A DNA stretch of 60,602 nt, the filler included, from Hausera hauseri (lineage: Eukaryota), in assembly GCA_046269625.1 (NCBI GenBank). It is 10 parts of 10 records of this genome, joined end to end, with 100 filler letters (N's around TTAATTAATTAA, not from the genome) between each part and the next. Parts side by side here need not be neighbours in the genome. Positions count along the whole stretch, not along the records: positions 51,895 to 60,602 come from JBJURY010559895.1; 9 more parts are not named here. The stretch is one strand, 5' to 3'. The notes beneath the pieces are model-generated. The model did no database searches. It was not told the origin of the DNA and saw nothing but the letters and a program-made list of their open reading frames with translations. A program made the translations under genes and the position numbers. Each line of letters begins with the position of its first letter. The stretch's first letter is position 1. Below, one piece after another: positions 58,891 to 60,602 of this stretch.

Positions 58891-60602
58891 TTATGATATA
58901 TAAAGTATGCTTGGTATTAATTTCATCCTCTTGCAGGTAGCGCTTGTCCATTTATCATCTTCCAACAATTCATATTGTGAAAGGTCAGTCCCACTCACAA
59001 GTATCCCGACGGAATCACAGTTGCACCACTGGTTTACAACGTAACACAAATCGTTTGAATCTTCTTTAGACGTATTTCGAAGAACGTGTAAGTCGTCTAC
59101 AGAAATCACTTCAAATCGCCCTTTCAACTTATGTTGTTTATCAATTTGGCAGCACTTAATACGATGAATAATATATGTCCGACAACTGAAAAATAGGCAC
59201 TGTTTAATATATACGTTATTGTGGCACTCTTTCGTCAGCATGTAAAGCTTCGTTTTAGATTGGAAAATATGTAACCGAAAGACGTGCTTGGCAACCTTCG
59301 AAATTGTTGTTGCCATTAAATCAATTAAGTTTCTAGCGGGCATCACACGGAGTTTCGAGAAAGTTATATTCAGTTTCCTGAAACCCTTTAATTCGCTTTC
59401 CATTAGTGCTTTTGTTTCTAGTTTTTTATTGGCTACTATTAAGGGCCACTTCTCTTTTACACTGTATAATTTTTCTTCTAAAGGGGTAGTGAACAGGGCC
59501 TTACACTTTTGAAGTAGGACACTGTCGTCAATTTTATGTAAAGTGGCGTCAGAAGTTCCTGGAACAACGCATTGGTCTTCCATATCATTTTTAACGGTCT
59601 TTAATCCATCATTAATAGCATATTTGATTTGTATTAGAATATGTTTATTCGGTCCTGTCATTAGCAAAGTAACCGACAATGATTTCTGCAATCCTCCAAT
59701 GGTTCAGTCAATGTTGCTATTCTGTCAATTACCATTGTATTTATACAAAACTTGCTATCGTCAAGAACGGTAGTAATTTGTTGCAGAGTAGGCAATGTTT
59801 GTTTGTCCTTATTATTTAACAGTTCTTGCGCCTCATTTATCCAACAGGCATATATGATTGTCTTATGCAACATGTGATATTAAGATTAGAATTGCCAGTT
59901 TCTATCAGATTCAGGAGGATTGTATTACTTGTTACGGTTGTATTACTAGTTACGGTCGGGCTTAGGACGATGGATTTCACCTTTTTTCTCCAATCATTAA
60001 TGTAATTTAGAATTTGTGCTGTCTCTTCAAGTTGTGGAACATGGGCCGGTAGACTTCTCAGTTTCTCTATTAGTAATCGCATTTCAGAAGGTGTCAATTT
60101 ATCAGCCTGTTCTTTGTGCTTCTTTGTAACAGCACTAAATGTAATAACGGTGACAATTTTGTATTCGGACTCTGATTTTATTGGTTCTGTTGTTTCGTGA
60201 TTTTCAAATTTAACAGTTTGTTGGTGTAGAAGCATCTTGAGTTCTTCCAAATTCGGTTTTTCCTTAATACTCACAGCCTTCACATCCTCCTCCTTCAGAA
60301 TATCGAGATTTTCAATAAATAACGAAATGTTTTTCATAACTCGATCTTCCTAGGCTAAAATCAAACTGGAACAGAATTCCGAATTTGCCAAATGATAAAC
60401 ACGAGTCATCCACAATTTGTACTGTTCCAAATGTTTGTTAACATTGTTCACTAGATCGGTAATTTCATCCAATGAATAACGGTACTTTAAAATGATATTT
60501 TCCAAATTTCGACAGTGAAAAACATCTTTGATGCGATCGAGACAAGTCATTCTATTTGCAGTTATCCCCGTACAACAGACAGTACACGTGACACCTAATA
60601 TG
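58891..60602 (-). pseudogene. KDM5: Internally deleted KDM5/lid C-terminal half (zf-C5HC2, PLU-1, PHD remnant)
   Basis: CLCC...MTCLDRIKDVFHC...ILKYRYSLDEI...W matches zf-C5HC2. PLU-1 helices follow. [11 protein letters not shown]...WTSATCK resembles a decayed PHD finger. Confidence 0.75.
59557..59698 (-). pseudogene. CCT6: CCT6 (TCP-1 zeta) fragment embedded in the KDM5 remnant
   Basis: [45 protein letters not shown] vs CCT6 [47 protein letters not shown]. Confidence 0.85.

Noticed and set aside
52049-60322. KDM5 direct repeats as the LTRs of the Ubl-Gag element
   Set aside because: They do not abut the PPT or a PBS, lack TG...CA ends, and their flanks differ.

Overview
This is not one locus. 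Ten short eukaryotic (animal) contigs are joined by artificial 100-nt spacers (44 N + TTAATTAATTAA + 44 N): 1-4668, 4769-8937, 9038-17448 (with a 100-N scaffold gap at 13939-14038), 17549-21644, 21745-25998, 26099-32025, 32126-38336, 38437-46893, 46994-51794 and 51895-60602. Adjacency across spacers means nothing. All family assignments are from motif recall, not database searches. A GLUT fragment resembling flatworm SGTP1 suggests a flatworm source; contig 4 looks teleost-like. Most of the window is decayed retroelements. Main observations: (1) Four Ty3/Gypsy copies from about three lineages carry a chuvirus-type glycoprotein placed BEFORE the protease. In the best copies it is in frame with upstream sequence and with pol, giving Gag - helical region - ubiquitin-like domain - AT-hook - signal peptide - glycoprotein - TM - tail - PR-RT-RH-IN. 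(2) An unrelated Gypsy element has an N-terminal ubiquitin-like domain ending in LRGG fused to Gag. (3) Two element 3' ends encode RING fingers running into the polypurine tract; one is absent from the ORF track. (4) Mosaics of host-gene fragments (KDM5/CCT6/eEF2; TRAPPC11/GLUT; RAPGEF6/Gly-rich). (5) A >=2293-aa Ser/Lys-rich protein with 53-aa tandem repeats, split only by an assembly gap.
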